A stretch of 57,110 nt of DNA from NCBI GenBank assembly GCA_045863235.1, contig BTUM01000052.1, forward strand, positions 1 through 57,110. Direction: 5' to 3'. The position numbers were made by a program, and so were the translations under genes. This document shows positions 25,600 through 34,813 of the stretch, in pieces (position 1 is the first letter of the stretch; every line of letters starts with the position of its first letter). Source of the stretch: Candidatus Xenobia bacterium (lineage in GTDB: Bacteria; Vulcanimicrobiota; Xenobia; Xenobiales; QWHO01). The notes below the pieces were generated by a model that was not told the origin of the DNA, did no database searches, and saw only the letters and a list, made by a program, of their open reading frames with translations.

Positions 25600-27960
25600 A
25601 TGGCTCGCCGTTCTGCATCCGCCCTGTCGGAAACCTACGAGTCCCTGGCCATGGGCTTCCAAGAGGATGCCATGGCCGGGCTGGTGCGATTGCCCGAGAA
25701 CAGCCGGCTAGCCGTCCCCTTCCGCCGTATCCTCAGCCTGGACCGCCTGATCGCTTACTGGGAGAAGGAGCGTCGCGAGAATGCCGGCGGCACCGCCCTC
25801 ATGGCCGAGCACGTTCTGGCCGGCCTGGAGCGGGCTCCCGAGCTGCGCGGGCCCATCGAGGACTTCTCGGTGCTCGAGCGCCACGCCACCTTGATCAACG
25901 CGCTGATGTCGGCCGTCTTTCCGATCGGGTTGCGCAACCACGCCTTCAGCATGGCGGCCTATCCGGTCGAGCTGCGCCCCTTCTATGTCACACCTCGCTT
26001 TCGACGCGAGCTGGTAGGCGAGACCGGTTTGCTGGGCGAGATGGAGACCGGCGACCTCCCGCTCGAGACCCTGATGATGATCTTTGGCTCGCTGGGAATC
26101 CTGCGTCGAGTCTACGGGGTCCACTTCCCTTTCGAGAAGGCCGTTCACCTTCGCACCGACGACAGCTCCACCGGACTCACGCGCTACTATCAGATGCGCA
26201 CGCACCTCGATTTCGTGGAGGTCCGGGTCTACGGCACGCTCCCCGAGCTGAGCCCCGAGGTCGAGCACCTGCGCACCCGGGTCACCGATCTCGAGCTGTG
26301 GCGGCGCATCCTGCCGCCCGAGAGCTTCGCCTACTACGGCTTTATGGTCTGCGACGCGCTGGAGGTGACCGAGGAGGTCTGCCTGTCGCATCTCAAGCAG
26401 GAGCTGGTCAGCAAGGACCCCCTGACCACGCCCGAGCGGCTGCTCAAGATCCAGAGCAACCTGCGCTCGCTGCTGGCCATCCCCGACCTGTACATGACCA
26501 TCGCAGGAATTCAAGCCGATGAGGCGTTCCTGATCACCCCCTGCGTGGGTCGGGTGCGCAAGCTCGACCTGGACGAGCAGGAACGACTGGAGCTCAACGA
26601 GTTCCTGGGCTGCCGCTCGTGCGATCAGGCCTGCGTGGTCTCCGACCTTGATACCGAGCACGACTACAGCTCGCCCTTCTTCGACAAGCTGCGCGGGATG
26701 GGCTATCGCTCCATCATGCTCGCGCCCTTCGGCGAGGCCGACGAAAAGCGCGGCATCCTGGCGCTGGCCTCGCACCAGTGCGGCATTCTCGACTCGCTGG
26801 CCCAGCTGCGCGTGGCCCCCATCCTTCCGCTCCTCTCGGTGGCCATGGGGCGCACCACCGAGAGCACCCGCAACCGCGTTCAGGCCATCATGAAGGAGCA
26901 GTTCACCGCCATCCATCCGGCCATCGAGTGGCGTTTCCAGGCCGCTGCCATGCGCTACCTTGCCGATGAGGTGCTCGAGGACGTGGTCTTCCCCGAGGTC
27001 TATCCCCTGTTTGGCGCCTCGGACATCCGCTCCAGCTCGACCACGCGCAACCACGCCATCCAGACCGATCTGCTCGAGCAACTCGAGCTGGCCGATCGGG
27101 TGCTGCAAGCGGCCTACCGCGTTCAGGCTCTGCCCTACATCGACCAGTTGCGCTATCGGCTCAAGGGGTGGGTCGAGGAGCTGACGCCCGGCCTGCACTC
27201 GGGCTCGGAGACTCGCATCATCGAGTTTCTCAAGCAGGAGATCGAGCCCCTCTTCGGGCGCCTGGAGCGCTTCGACGTATCGGTTCTGAGCGCTGCCGAG
27301 CACTACCGAGCCCAGCTCGACCCCCAGCTCGGCTTTCTCTACCGCCACCGGCGGAGGTTCGAGGAGAGCGTGTCCCGCATTCGCGAGCGCATCACCGACA
27401 TCATTTGCGAGCGTCAGGAAGAAGCCCAGAAGGCCTTCCCGCACTATTTCGAGATGTACAAAACCGATGGGGTCGATCACACCATGTACCTCGGTCCCTC
27501 CACGGTGCCCGATGGTCACTTCGACCGGCTCTACCTGCGCAATCTGCGGCTGTGGCAGTTGCTGGTGATGGTGGAGGTGGCCCGGGAGACGCGCAATCTC
27601 GTCTCGGAGCTGCCCGTGCCGCTCGAGACGGCCCACCTGATCCTGGCCCAGGACAGCCCGCTCTCCATCCGCTTTCATATCGACGAGAAGCAGTTCAATG
27701 TCGATGGGGCCTACAATGCCCGCTACGAGATCATCAAGAAGCGGCTCGACAAGGCCGAGGTGGAGGGCACCGGCGAGCGGGCCACCCAGCCCGGCAAGGT
27801 CACGGTGGTCTACTCGCACCCGCGCGAGGCCACCGAATACCGCGAGTACTTCGAGTATCTGCGCGACGCCGGCCAGGTGGAGCCGGAGCTCGAGGAGCTG
27901 AGCCTGGGTCCGCTACAGGGGGTTCAGGGGCTCAAAGCCCTGCGGGTGACGGTACGCTAA
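25600..27960 (+). CDS. GAF domain-containing protein with conserved uncharacterised C-terminal domain
   Basis: GAF-like GYRSIMLAP....GILALAS; conserved blocks FTAIHPAIEWRF, YPLFG.SDIR.SS, PHYFE.YKTDGVD, VDGAYN.RYEIIKKR.DKA, TQPGK. Confidence 0.8.
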   Translation: MARRSASALSETYESLAMGFQEDAMAGLVRLPENSRLAVPFRRILSLDRLIAYWEKERRENAGGTALMAEHVLAGLERAPELRGPIEDFSVLERHATLINALMSAVFPIGLRNHAFSMAAYPVELRPFYVTPRFRRELVGETGLLGEMETGDLPLETLMMIFGSLGILRRVYGVHFPFEKAVHLRTDDSSTGLTRYYQMRTHLDFVEVRVYGTLPELSPEVEHLRTRVTDLELWRRILPPESFAYYGFMVCDALEVTEEVCLSHLKQELVSKDPLTTPERLLKIQSNLRSLLAIPDLYMTIAGIQADEAFLITPCVGRVRKLDLDEQERLELNEFLGCRSCDQACVVSDLDTEHDYSSPFFDKLRGMGYRSIMLAPFGEADEKRGILALASHQCGILDSLAQLRVAPILPLLSVAMGRTTESTRNRVQAIMKEQFTAIHPAIEWRFQAAAMRYLADEVLEDVVFPEVYPLFGASDIRSSSTTRNHAIQTDLLEQLELADRVLQAAYRVQALPYIDQLRYRLKGWVEELTPGLHSGSETRIIEFLKQEIEPLFGRLERFDVSVLSAAEHYRAQLDPQLGFLYRHRRRFEESVSRIRERITDIICERQEEAQKAFPHYFEMYKTDGVDHTMYLGPSTVPDGHFDRLYLRNLRLWQLLVMVEVARETRNLVSELPVPLETAHLILAQDSPLSIRFHIDEKQFNVDGAYNARYEIIKKRLDKAEVEGTGERATQPGKVTVVYSHPREATEYREYFEYLRDAGQVEPELEELSLGPLQGVQGLKALRVTVR

Positions 27961-28011
27961 GGGACCGCGCGTCAACAGATCCTCGACACCACAGGGGGTT
28001 TGCGCCGGCGG

Positions 28012-30252
28012 TCAACGGGTCGCTCGCTCGACGGCTGCTGCCAGGGCTTGCAGAACCTCGCGAATCAGCTCGTCGGGGCGATAGGGCTTGGCCAGCCGGT
28101 AGACCGGCTCCCATTCAGCCGGCAGTTGCTCGTCGGACATGTGGCCGCTGGTGAGAATCACCGGGACTTTGACCCCCTTCTCGCGCAAGCGGGCCAGGGT
28201 CTCCTGGCCGTTCAGCCGGGGCATGGCCAGATCGAGCAGGACCAGGCTCAACCCGGGCTGGTCGGCTCGGGCCAGAGCCTCCAGACCGTCGCTGGCCGAG
28301 GTCACCTCAAAGCCGGCTCGTTCCAGGATGTTGCAGGCCAGGCGGCGGATCTGCTCTTCATCATCCACCACCAGCACCCGGCCCTGACCGGCCAGGAACT
28401 CGCGGGGCGGCTCGGGAGGCCGGGGCCGCTCACATTTGGCGCGAGCGGGGAAGTAGAGTCGGAAGGTGGTGCCCTCGCCGCTCTGGCTGAGCACCTCCAG
28501 CCCTCCCTGATGGCCTCGCACGATGCCCGCCACACCCGCCAGTCCCAGGCCGCGGCCTGTGAACTTGGTGGTGAAGAAGGGGTCGAAGATCTTCTGGAGC
28601 GTTTCCCGGTCCATTCCGACCCCCGAGTCGTGCACCTCCAGGACCACATACTCACCGGGAGGCAGCGTGCTGTGCCGAGCGGTCAGGGGCTCGGAGAGGG
28701 ACTCGAGCCTGGTCGTGAGGTGGATCGACCCCTCGCGATCGCCGATGGCCTCGGAGGCGTTGGTGATCAAGTTCATGACCACCTGCCGCAGTTGGCTGGC
28801 CTCCGCTTCGACCGGGGGAAGCTCCTCGGCCATCTCCAGCTTCAAGGAAACCTTCTTGGAGAGTCCGATCTTGAGCAATTGCGACATCTCGCGCACCAGC
28901 TCGGAGAGGTCGACCGGGCCGAGCACGAAGCGCGCTCGGCCCGAATAGGCAAGCATCTGGCGGCAGAGCTCGGCTGCTTGCTCAGAGGCAGTCTCGATGT
29001 TCTGGAGCATCAGGCCTACGGGATGCTCGGCGGGGAGCTCCAGGCGGGCCAGTCCGGCGTTGCCGATGATGGCCATGAGCAGGTTGTTGAAGTCGTGGGC
29101 AATTCCCCCGGCCAGCAGACCCAGGCTCTCCAACTTCTGGGCCTGCAAAACCTGGGCCTGGAGCTGGCGCGACTCCTCCTCACTCTGAATCCGGCGGGTG
29201 ATGTCCTGGCAGAGGCCCACCATCTGCTGGGCCGCTCCCAAGGAGTCGCGCAGGACTTCTGCCTTCTGGTGCACCCAGCGCAGATCTCCGTCAGGACGGA
29301 CGATCCGATGGATCACGTTGTAGGGCGCGCCCCCCTGCAAGGCTGCCTGGGAGGCGGACCGGACAGCCTCGAGATCCTCGGGGTGGACCAGGGCGAAGAA
29401 GGTCTCCACCCGCCCGTCAAAGGTATCCGGCGTGTAGCCAAAGATCGCGTAGCAGCCGCGCGACCAGACCAGCCGCCCGGAGTCGCTGGGATCGGACCAC
29501 CAGGCTCCCACCGCCGCCAGCTCCTGGGCCCGCTCGAGCAGCCACTGGTATTGTTGCAATCCCTCCAACTCGTGGCGGCGCTGGGTCACATCCTCCACGG
29601 TACCCTGCAGGCGATCACCGTCCACCTCGGCCGCCAGCCGCAACCAGATCTGGCGGCCCTTGCGGGTGAGCACCTGGGTCTCGAGCTCGAAGGGCGTGCC
29701 TTCGTTGCAGGCCTGCTCGAAGGCCGTGCTCACCCGGTGGCGCTCATCGGGCAGGCAGAAGCCCACCATTGCGGACAGGGTGGGGGACGTCTGGCCCTGG
29801 CTGGTCTCGAACAAGGTGTAGCAATCCCGAGTCCAGAAGAGGCGCCGGTCGCTCAGGGTCAAACTGAACCCGCCAGCGCGTGGACGACTCTCGGTCAGGA
29901 TGGATTCCGGCCTGGTCTGAGTCACATCGCGCGCGGTCGCCAGCACCAGCGGCTCGCTGGACAGGCGTTGGGCTCGCCACTGCATCCAGCGGGTGCTGCC
30001 GTCCTTGCTCAGGCAGCGCGTCACGTCATCGAGCAACTGGCCCGTGTGGAGGATCTGCTGAAATCTCTGGTCGGCCCGCTCGACCTCATCCGGGTGCAAG
30101 ATCTGGTGAAAATGAATCCCCACCAGCTCACCCCGGGGGTAGCCCAGGGTCGCCTCCATGGCCGGGTTGAGGCAACAGAAGCGGCCCTCGAGGTCGATCA
30201 GGCAGATCGCCTCCAGGGAGACCTCCAGAAAATCTAAGCCGCTGATGCTCAA
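28012..30252 (-). CDS. PAS-domain hybrid sensor histidine kinase/response regulator (CckA-like)
   Basis: Three PAS/PAC domains, LAGGIAHDFNNLL, NLITNA, D.G.G, FDPFFTTKFTGRGLGL, receiver VDDE..LLDL..KP. Confidence 0.95.
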   Translation of the reverse strand: MSISGLDFLEVSLEAICLIDLEGRFCCLNPAMEATLGYPRGELVGIHFHQILHPDEVERADQRFQQILHTGQLLDDVTRCLSKDGSTRWMQWRAQRLSSEPLVLATARDVTQTRPESILTESRPRAGGFSLTLSDRRLFWTRDCYTLFETSQGQTSPTLSAMVGFCLPDERHRVSTAFEQACNEGTPFELETQVLTRKGRQIWLRLAAEVDGDRLQGTVEDVTQRRHELEGLQQYQWLLERAQELAAVGAWWSDPSDSGRLVWSRGCYAIFGYTPDTFDGRVETFFALVHPEDLEAVRSASQAALQGGAPYNVIHRIVRPDGDLRWVHQKAEVLRDSLGAAQQMVGLCQDITRRIQSEEESRQLQAQVLQAQKLESLGLLAGGIAHDFNNLLMAIIGNAGLARLELPAEHPVGLMLQNIETASEQAAELCRQMLAYSGRARFVLGPVDLSELVREMSQLLKIGLSKKVSLKLEMAEELPPVEAEASQLRQVVMNLITNASEAIGDREGSIHLTTRLESLSEPLTARHSTLPPGEYVVLEVHDSGVGMDRETLQKIFDPFFTTKFTGRGLGLAGVAGIVRGHQGGLEVLSQSGEGTTFRLYFPARAKCERPRPPEPPREFLAGQGRVLVVDDEEQIRRLACNILERAGFEVTSASDGLEALARADQPGLSLVLLDLAMPRLNGQETLARLREKGVKVPVILTSGHMSDEQLPAEWEPVYRLAKPYRPDELIREVLQALAAAVERATR

Positions 30253-30332
30253 GCAGGCACTTCTTCCCGCCCCGCTTGGAATTGCCTCCCGGGCAGGGAG
30301 CCGGGACGGATGGGCGGAAATGCGACCGCCCG

Positions 30333-31067
30333 ATGCCCCCTCGCATGTACACCGAGCTGGCCGAGCTGTGGCCCCGGCTGAGCCCGCCCGAGCGCTACCG
30401 CGACGAGGCCTTACGGCTGGGCAAGCTCTTTGCTGGCGAACTGGGTCCCGGGCCCCTTCGCTTGCTGGCGCTGGGCTCGGGAGGCGGTCATCTGGCCTGG
30501 CATCTCAGCTCGCTCTGCCAGATCACGGCCGTCGATCTGTCCGAGGCCATGCTCGAGGTCTCGCGCCGCCTCAACCCCAGAGTGCGTCACCTTTGCGCGG
30601 ACATGCGCTGCCTGCAGCTCGAAGAGCGCTTCGAGGCGGTGCTGTTGCACGACGCCGCGGCTTACCTTTTGCACCGCGACGAGCTCGTTCAGACGCTGGC
30701 CGTGGCCGCCCGCCATCTGACACCGGGGGGGATCGTGGCCGTGGTACCCGACTACGTTCAGGAGACCTTTCCGGGAGACCACCTGGCTCACCACTCCTGC
30801 GGAGACGGGGTTGACGTGCTGGAATGGTGCCGCAGGGCAGGCCCCGAGGAATTGGAGACAGTATTCGTCTTCTTGTTCCGCCAGGCGAGCGGAATGCGCA
30901 GCCAGACCGACGTGCACCAGATGGGCCTGTTCTCCGAGCGCACCTGGCTCGAGGCGATGGGCCTGGCGGGGCTCGAGGCCCGGCGTCCTCGCAATCTGCA
31001 AAGAAGAGCCGGGCAGGGAGCTTATCTGTTCTCGGGCCGGCTCATGAACGTGCGCGGGAAGCAGTAA
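30333..31067 (+). CDS. Class I SAM-dependent methyltransferase
   Basis: LL.LGSGGG, AVDLSEAML, ADMR, F.AV..HDA, HL.PGG. Confidence 0.9.
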   Translation: MPPRMYTELAELWPRLSPPERYRDEALRLGKLFAGELGPGPLRLLALGSGGGHLAWHLSSLCQITAVDLSEAMLEVSRRLNPRVRHLCADMRCLQLEERFEAVLLHDAAAYLLHRDELVQTLAVAARHLTPGGIVAVVPDYVQETFPGDHLAHHSCGDGVDVLEWCRRAGPEELETVFVFLFRQASGMRSQTDVHQMGLFSERTWLEAMGLAGLEARRPRNLQRRAGQGAYLFSGRLMNVRGKQ

Positions 31068-31531
31068 CCCTGGGCCTGGAAGGCGCTCTGGCGGGCCCGG
31101 TTGAGGGCGTTCTTGCGCCGGTCGGCGATGGGCTCGCCATAGCGAGTGACGATTTGCGTCCCTGACTGCAGGTCATAGACGGTCGTAACGGCGCGGCGGA
31201 AGGCCTGCTGGCGATTGTCCTCGGTGGTCACGGCGGTGTGGGGATGGCTCTCGATCTGGGCTTCGAAGATGCGCGCGCTGGCGGCCCGAGCAGCGCTCAG
31301 GCGCAGGCTGGGGGCCGGGCCCTGCTCGGCCTGGGGGCGGGTCTGCTCGAGCAGGCTGTAGATTCGCGCTTTGCTGCGCTCGAGGGCCTGCCGGCGCGGG
31401 TCCTCCAGCGGGCTCTGGCGCAGCGTCTTGAGGCGCAGCACCTGCACCGACGAGCGAGGGGCCGACCAGTTGGCCGGTCGGATGGGGTGCATCCCCGGGC
31501 GGTAGGCGCGTGGGTTCTCCAGCGTCAGCAT
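31022..31531 (-). CDS. Hypothetical protein
   Basis: Strong GAGGAGG RBS before ATG 31531; 46-nt convergent overlap with the methyltransferase; no recognisable domain. Confidence 0.6.
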   Translation of the reverse strand: MLTLENPRAYRPGMHPIRPANWSAPRSSVQVLRLKTLRQSPLEDPRRQALERSKARIYSLLEQTRPQAEQGPAPSLRLSAARAASARIFEAQIESHPHTAVTTEDNRQQAFRRAVTTVYDLQSGTQIVTRYGEPIADRRKNALNRARQSAFQAQGYCFPRTFMSRPENR

Positions 31532-31561
31532 CGGTTTGGTCCTCCTCGTCGGTATCTGGGC

Positions 31562-32053
31562 TCAGGATACCGTCGAGGTCTGAAAGGTGGCTGAAATGGG
31601 ATGCAGCAACACGACAGGGATCACCCGCTCGGTGCGGGCCTGGTAGGCGTCGTAGCCCGGATAAAGCTGCACGAAGGCCTTCCATAGCCCGGCCTTGACC
31701 TCGGGAGAAGCCTGCTCGGGGGTGACCGGAAAAAGGTGAGGCCCCACCTGGACCCAGCCGTGTCCGGAATGCTTGAGGTTCTTCCACCAGCCCGGCTCGA
31801 CCGGGCTGCCTCCATAGGAGGCCACCACCGCAAACGAGGTGCCGTAGGGCATGAAGAAGAGGGGAGAGGTGAAGCGCTTGCCGGATTTGCGTCCCACCGT
31901 GGTGAGGAGCAAGTTGGGCACGCCCGCCACCAGGCCGCCCACGACTCCCTGGCTCAGGCGGTAGAGCAGCACGTGGGAAGCTGTCATCAGGCGGAGCAGA
32001 GGTTTCTTGGGAAGCAACCACAGCGACATTCGGGTCATCAGCTCGGAGGTCAT
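31562..32053 (-). CDS. Deazaflavin (F420)-dependent nitroreductase family (DDN-like) protein
   Basis: LLLTTVGRKSGK.F.SPL, VVASYGG...P.WW.NL, Y..YQART.R.IPVVLL. Start placed at 32053 from promoter geometry (alternative 32062). Confidence 0.9.
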   Translation of the reverse strand: MTSELMTRMSLWLLPKKPLLRLMTASHVLLYRLSQGVVGGLVAGVPNLLLTTVGRKSGKRFTSPLFFMPYGTSFAVVASYGGSPVEPGWWKNLKHSGHGWVQVGPHLFPVTPEQASPEVKAGLWKAFVQLYPGYDAYQARTERVIPVVLLHPISATFQTSTVS

Positions 32054-32089
32054 GGGGGCCATGGTAGGATCAGTTGCTCGGACCGTCAA
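32054..32089 (-). promoter_or_regulatory. sigma70-type leaderless promoter of the DDN-like gene
   Basis: Minus strand TTGACG(32089-32084)-N17-TACCAT(32066-32061), then 7 nt to ATG 32053. Confidence 0.65.
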
Positions 32090-32114
32090 CAGGGCACAGG
32101 ATTCGGCGGGAGAG

Positions 32115-32414
32115 GTGAGAATACCCGAGCTTCTGAACACCCGCTGGGAGGGACTCTTGCCTCATCGCTACGATTACCGTGTTTACGATCTTCGGGACAA
32201 GACCACCGAGACCGTGCACGAGGTCCTGAATCGGGCCGCCAAAGACGGCTTTCGGCTCCTGCCCATGGCTTATCATGACCAGCAGCACGCCATTTTCGAA
32301 CGACCCCACGAGGAAGACGAGTTCGAGTCGATGTCCGAGGAGGAGAAGGCCCGCTGGTTCGCCGAGAACGTGGAGTACAACCGCGTCGATGACGAATGGC
32401 AGGGCTCCAACTGA
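32115..32414 (+). CDS. DUF4177-like small protein
   Basis: GGGAGAG RBS then GTG; YDYRV...LNRAAKDGFRLL...AIFER. Confidence 0.65.
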   Translation: MRIPELLNTRWEGLLPHRYDYRVYDLRDKTTETVHEVLNRAAKDGFRLLPMAYHDQQHAIFERPHEEDEFESMSEEEKARWFAENVEYNRVDDEWQGSN

Positions 32415-32415
32415 G

Positions 32416-32661
32416 GTGCTGATCGACTATCGCGTCATCAAGCTGAGCAACAAGGGGCCCGGCAGCATCGAGGCCCAGCTCAATGACGCTGCTCGCCAGG
32501 GGTTCCGGTTGGTCAACGTCTCCAACGGAAAGACCTCGATGGCCATTCTCGAGCGGGTGACCGACGAGACCAGGGCCGTGGCCAGCGATCACGACGAGCA
32601 CGCCCGGTTCATGGCCGAGCGGGCGGGCTGGGGCAGCAGCGAGAGCAACTGGCAGAGCTGA
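32416..32661 (+). CDS. DUF4177-like small protein (paralog of the upstream gene)
   Basis: IDYRV...LNDAARQGFRLV...AILER; starts one base after the upstream stop. Confidence 0.7.
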   Translation: MLIDYRVIKLSNKGPGSIEAQLNDAARQGFRLVNVSNGKTSMAILERVTDETRAVASDHDEHARFMAERAGWGSSESNWQS

Positions 32662-32670
32662 CCGCTCTGG

Positions 32671-34734
32671 CTACCCCTGATTGGCCGCCATCAGTCCGAT
32701 GGCCGTGGCCAGCATGGCTAAGAGCGCGCTGACCAGCGACTCGCCCGCCACCAACCCCGAGGCGATGGGGACGTTGTAGGTTTCCTGCGATTTCGGCGCG
32801 GCCTTGAGCCAGACCAGCGCGATCAGGGCGCCGATGGTGAAGGCCAGGGCGTTGCTGAAGGTCACCACCCAGCCCAGTCCCAGCCCCATGGCGCTGGGCA
32901 GGTAGGGACGCGCTCTGGGGAAGGTTTTCTCCAGGATCGGGATGAGGCAACCCAGGAAGGCCCCGATGACGGCCGCAATGACCGCTGACTGCGGCAGGCT
33001 GGCCCAGCCCTTGGAGAGCACCTGGGCCACCGCCACCCAGGTCAGCGTGGCCGGCAGGGGAAACGCCTCCAGCTTCTCGATGGTGGGCACCATGAGATAC
33101 CAGGCCGGCACGATGGCCAGGGTGCCAAAGAAGATGCCCATAAACTGGGCGATAAACTGCTTCTTGGGGTTGGCCCCCAGCAGGTAGCCGCTCTTGAGGT
33201 CGGTCAACAGGTCGGCCGAGGAGCTCGCGCTGTTGGCCGCCACCCCGGCCGACATCAGGTTGTGGGTCACGTTACCGGGGGACAGAAAGGCGAAGATCAA
33301 CTGCATCACCTTGCCCATGGCACCGATGGGCGTGGTATCGGTCTCACCGGTGGCCCGGCAGGCTACCAGCGACAGGACGAACGACATGGCGACCGCCACC
33401 AACCCGGCCAAGAAGTTGATGTGGAAGGCGGCCATCTGGACCACCAGCATGGCGATCGTGATGGGCACCATTCCGGCCACCAGCCAGGAGCCGGGAACTT
33501 CGATCCGGGCCATCTCCTCGAGCTTCTCCTGGCTTACTTTGGAGGCGCCCCCGCTCTTGAGGATGTTGAAGGAGCGGGCTACCGTGCGCCACTGCAGAGC
33601 CAGCGACATCAAGCTGGCGAACACCATCACGGCGGTCCCGCCCCAGAGCGACCAGCGCGTGGGCGCGAACAGGGTGCCGCCCCCACCGGTGGGAATGGAG
33701 ACGACGTAGCCCTCCACCCCCGCCTGGGCCAGGTCGAGCCCGATCAGGTATGGGGCCACGAAGACGTAGAGCAAGACGGAGGCCACCAGCATCGAGAGGG
33801 AGACCCGCAGCCCCACGATCATGCCGGCGGCGATCAGCAGGGCGCTGGGCTCGAAGCTGAAGCCGGCCAGCTTCTTGCCGGCCACCTGCATGAAGCCGTT
33901 GTGGGGCACCTCGGCCGGAATCTGGACGCTGAACAGGTGCTCTTTCATCCAGTTGAAGAACCGGTCGGTGGCCTTGAACATCCCCTCCTCGGTCTTCAGG
34001 ATGGCGATGATGGCGGCGCAGAAGAGGGCGATGACCAGGGCGTAGGCTTTGCGCACCGCTTCCTTGCCCTCGCTGTAGAGGCTGCGCAGGGTGGTGGCGG
34101 CGGCGATGCCCGAGGGGAAGGGCAGTTGCTCCTGGTTGATCATCTGGCGCTTCATCGGGATGGCCAGGAAGACGCCCATGGCGCCCGTGGCCAGAGTGAA
34201 GCTGCCCACGATCCACCAGGGCTGGTGGGTGTGGGAGGGGTCGAGGATCATCAAGGCCCCGAAAGCGGTGGCGATGGTGGCTCCGGTGGAGTAGCCGGCC
34301 GCCGAGGCGGTGGACTGCATGCAGTTGTTCTCCAGGATGGACATCTGGCTCAAGCGCCCTCCCGACATCAGCCGGAAGAAGTTCCAGATCACGTAGGAGA
34401 TGACGCAGGCCGTGATGGCCACCCCGAAGGCCCAGCCCACTTTGAGCGTGGTGTAGAGGTTGGAGACGGACATGGCCATCCCCAGGAGCCCCCCCATGGC
34501 CACCGCGCGGAAGGTGAGCTGCGGCATCTTGTCGCCCTGGTAGACGTGGGTGTACCAGTGCAGGTCCTTCTCCTCGGGGCTGGCGTCGTGAGCCGGGGGT
34601 TGGACCTGGAGCGAGCCGATGGGGGCGGGCTCTTCCTCCGGCTCGAACGGGTCGTCGGGAACCTCGGTGAAGGTCTCGGCATGGCCCCCGATGGGGAGCC
34701 CTTCAAGCTGGGAGGGGTGCTCTTTCTCGTCCAT
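32671..34734 (-). CDS. OPT family oligopeptide/metal-chelate transporter
   Basis: QLTFRA, Y..LKVGW, LENN..QSTASA, L.FPSG.A.A, GETD.TP, DLK.GYLLGA.P, ASGLVAGES; many TM helices. Confidence 0.93.
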   Translation of the reverse strand: MDEKEHPSQLEGLPIGGHAETFTEVPDDPFEPEEEPAPIGSLQVQPPAHDASPEEKDLHWYTHVYQGDKMPQLTFRAVAMGGLLGMAMSVSNLYTTLKVGWAFGVAITACVISYVIWNFFRLMSGGRLSQMSILENNCMQSTASAAGYSTGATIATAFGALMILDPSHTHQPWWIVGSFTLATGAMGVFLAIPMKRQMINQEQLPFPSGIAAATTLRSLYSEGKEAVRKAYALVIALFCAAIIAILKTEEGMFKATDRFFNWMKEHLFSVQIPAEVPHNGFMQVAGKKLAGFSFEPSALLIAAGMIVGLRVSLSMLVASVLLYVFVAPYLIGLDLAQAGVEGYVVSIPTGGGGTLFAPTRWSLWGGTAVMVFASLMSLALQWRTVARSFNILKSGGASKVSQEKLEEMARIEVPGSWLVAGMVPITIAMLVVQMAAFHINFLAGLVAVAMSFVLSLVACRATGETDTTPIGAMGKVMQLIFAFLSPGNVTHNLMSAGVAANSASSSADLLTDLKSGYLLGANPKKQFIAQFMGIFFGTLAIVPAWYLMVPTIEKLEAFPLPATLTWVAVAQVLSKGWASLPQSAVIAAVIGAFLGCLIPILEKTFPRARPYLPSAMGLGLGWVVTFSNALAFTIGALIALVWLKAAPKSQETYNVPIASGLVAGESLVSALLAMLATAIGLMAANQG

Positions 34735-34813
34735 AACCCCCCGAATGTATCCAACCTGGCCGGGCCGGGGGTTAGCAGTCTGTTAACCCGCTCCCGGAAA
34801 GGTCAAAGAGCGG

